Below, one piece after another: positions 61,941-64,000 of a stretch of 64,000 nt of DNA. Numbering within the stretch: the stretch's first letter is position 1; every line of letters starts with the position of its first letter. The notes below the pieces were generated by a model that was given only the letters and a program-made list of their open reading frames with translations, was not told the origin of the DNA and did not search any database. The DNA lies in NCBI GenBank assembly GCA_963749495.1, contig CAVVMW010000023.1:352001-416000 (forward strand). Reading direction: 5' to 3'. The stretch is from an uncultured bacterium. Lineage in GTDB: Bacteria; Verrucomicrobiota; Verrucomicrobiia; Limisphaerales; UBA8199. A program made the position numbers and the translations under genes.

Positions 61941-63326
61941 TCAGGTCCCGCCCCGGGGCCAGAAGCGGAGCCAGAAGCGCTGGGGGGATTGGATGAGGAT
62001 CTCGCGCAGGAGTTCCTCCAGGCCGGCGGCTTCCGGTTCGTCCAGGCGCCGGGCCAGGCCCAGGGTGACCAGGAAGACCAGCGACGTGGCGGCGAAAAAG
62101 ACGGTGTAGCGGTTCCACCACAGCCCGAGCCACATCGAAGAGTGCGCGCCGACGGCGTCGATGAGCAGACCCCAGCCGATGGGCGCCAGGCCGAGTGTCA
62201 CGTTGCCGACGACCGAGTAAAGCGCGAAGAAGTGGTTGCGTCCCATGACCGGGATGATCGCCATCGCCAGGCGCGTATTGGACATCTGCACGAGCGCGGC
62301 CAGCAGGCCCATGAGCAATTGCAGGAGCAGCACCAGGGTGAGCCGGGCCGGCAACGCCCCGCCCGAGAGGCTCATCCAGCCTGCCAGCACCGCCACCCAG
62401 GCCGAGTAACAGAAGGCCAGCACCGGCTTGCTCCCCAACCGGTCCAGGTGCGAGCCCACCATCCACAAGCTGCCCAGCCCGCCCAGGAACGCGACCGAGG
62501 TGACCAGCAGGATCTTGCACTCGGACATGCCCGTCTGGGTCTTGAGGAAGGCCACCGTGAAGGCGGTCATCCCGCCATAGGCCGTCGAGTAGCCCACCAG
62601 GGCGATCAGGAGCTTGCGAAACGGCGGGTGCGCCGACATCGCCAGCCACGGCACGGGGGCCTTCGCAGTGCGGGTTTCCTCGGGTATCTCGACATCGGGG
62701 ATGCGTTTGAGGAAGCTCAGGCTCACCGCGCCCATGGTGGCGCTGAAGGCGAAGAGGATGGCGAATTGCCAGGGGCGGGTCTGGCGCCCGGCCAGACAGG
62801 CGGCGGCAATGAGGAAGGTGACGAAACTGGCCAGGTTTTGAACGGCCGCGTCGCGCGCGAGGTACTTGCCGCGCAGGCCGCCCGGGACCAGGGCGGTAAT
62901 CCACGGCAGCCAGGCGCAACTGGAGATGCCGCGGGAGAGATTGAAGCAGAACAACAGCATGAGCATGAGCGCCAGCAGCGTCTTGGCCTCCAGAAAGGTC
63001 CCCGCCAGCGGCACCAGGGCCATGCCGAAGATGAACAGGACCCGCGTGCCCCATCCCGCATAAACAAAGCGCCTGAAACCCAGCCGCGGGATATGGTTGG
63101 CGGCCGGGATCTGGAAGATCACCAGAAGCGGCATCATGCCGGCGATGATCCCGAGCACCGTGGCGCTGGCCCCCAGGCTCTTGGCGTAGAGCACCATCGG
63201 GCTGTTCAGCACCACCTGGTAGGAAAAGGCGTTGAACGTGGAAAAGAGGTACGCATTGTGCAGGCCGGGCGGAAAACAGGCCGTTTCCACCGGCGCGCGC
63301 AACGTGTCCGTTCGGTTCTCAGGCAT
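61941..63326 (-). CDS. MFS transporter
   Basis: About 12 hydrophobic segments; G.HLDRLGSKP motif. Confidence 0.85.
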   Translation of the reverse strand: MPENRTDTLRAPVETACFPPGLHNAYLFSTFNAFSYQVVLNSPMVLYAKSLGASATVLGIIAGMMPLLVIFQIPAANHIPRLGFRRFVYAGWGTRVLFIFGMALVPLAGTFLEAKTLLALMLMLLFCFNLSRGISSCAWLPWITALVPGGLRGKYLARDAAVQNLASFVTFLIAAACLAGRQTRPWQFAILFAFSATMGAVSLSFLKRIPDVEIPEETRTAKAPVPWLAMSAHPPFRKLLIALVGYSTAYGGMTAFTVAFLKTQTGMSECKILLVTSVAFLGGLGSLWMVGSHLDRLGSKPVLAFCYSAWVAVLAGWMSLSGGALPARLTLVLLLQLLMGLLAALVQMSNTRLAMAIIPVMGRNHFFALYSVVGNVTLGLAPIGWGLLIDAVGAHSSMWLGLWWNRYTVFFAATSLVFLVTLGLARRLDEPEAAGLEELLREILIQSPQRFWLRFWPRGGT

Positions 63327-63582
63327 AGGCCAACCAGGGCCCGCAACGGCCCCGCACCGTGCGGCCCGCTCTCATCATACCCACGCTCAGCCCGCGTCTC
63401 AATCAAATCCGAAATCCGAAATCTGCAGAATCATGGTCGGCAGAATCATAAGAATAACTTTTCTGAAAATGATTCTGCCAGAAATGATTTTGCTTTTTTG
63501 GGATGACGCATTTCCCCTGCCTCCTCCGAAAATCCTTGCAGCCCGCCACGAGGGTGGTATTCCCATATCAGCACCGAAACCG

Positions 63583-64000
63583 ATGAACGCTATGAAAGCC
63601 GACTTGCTCAGACCGCGATGCGGACCGGCCGGCCCGCAGATTCATTTCGAACCCTCCACTGCCCCGCTTCTGCCCGGGGCAGGTCTTTTGGGGCGCCGGG
63701 CGTTCCTGGGGCTGGCGCTCCGGGGCTCGGCGGGGGCGTTCCTAACGTGGACACCGAGCTTGTGCGCCGGCTCGGCCATGCTGGATTGGGATCCCCGGCG
63801 GCCATTTCGCGCCCTGGGCAGGCCGCTGAGGGTGCAACCGATCTTCATTTGGCTCGAGGCCCCGCGCGCTCATCTTCGTCCGGCAAAAGAGTGGGCCGGT
63901 CTATTATTGGTACGAGGCGCTCAGCACGCAGTACCTGCGCAAGGACAAGGAGGGCGCCGGAGCGGCATCCGCCGGCCCCGGCGACGCGGAGCGGCTTAAC
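63583..64000 (+). CDS. Tat-signal protein, partial or disrupted at the window end
   Basis: GRRAFLGL signal; a plausible continuation IFVRQKSGPVYYWYEALS lies in another frame after about 63860. Confidence 0.5.

Noticed and set aside
1..64000. tRNA, rRNA or riboswitch genes
   Set aside because: None recognised by eye; a covariance-model search would be needed to exclude them

Overview
GC-rich bacterial chromosome segment, most likely Verrucomicrobiota (Pedosphaerales/Limisphaerales-like). That call is inferred from the prepilin/H-X9-DG proteins, an ECF sigma with a long C-terminal extension, LamG/Ig/NHL secreted proteins ending in a 'LxWP...RFYRL' module, and heptamer microsatellites. Housekeeping genes (hisF, lepB, PNP, moeB, argB, argD, MFS, anion transporter) are interleaved with many glycoside hydrolases (two GH106-like, GH51, MGH1-like, GH20-like, truncated GH78, decayed GH5) and several toxin-antitoxin modules. 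A decayed island bounded by comM fragments carries an ABC-ATPase + TOPRIM/DUF4435-like (PARIS-like) pair. An IS1380 sits in the target duplication of an ISL3. There is a truncated RAYT and at least eight types of long palindromic REP-like elements. The most striking structure is a ~2.7 kb unit (58374-61086) encoding a tyrosine recombinase and an IS91-type HUH transposase. It begins with GTTGAAC, ends in an attC-like hairpin (GTTCAAC...GTTGCGC), and has inserted at a GTTG that splits a REP palindrome into two matching halves, so it resembles a self-mobilising integron-cassette-like element. Many single-base frameshifts lie in short homopolymers and may be long-read errors rather than true pseudogenisation. 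Product calls come from motif recognition by eye, not database searches.
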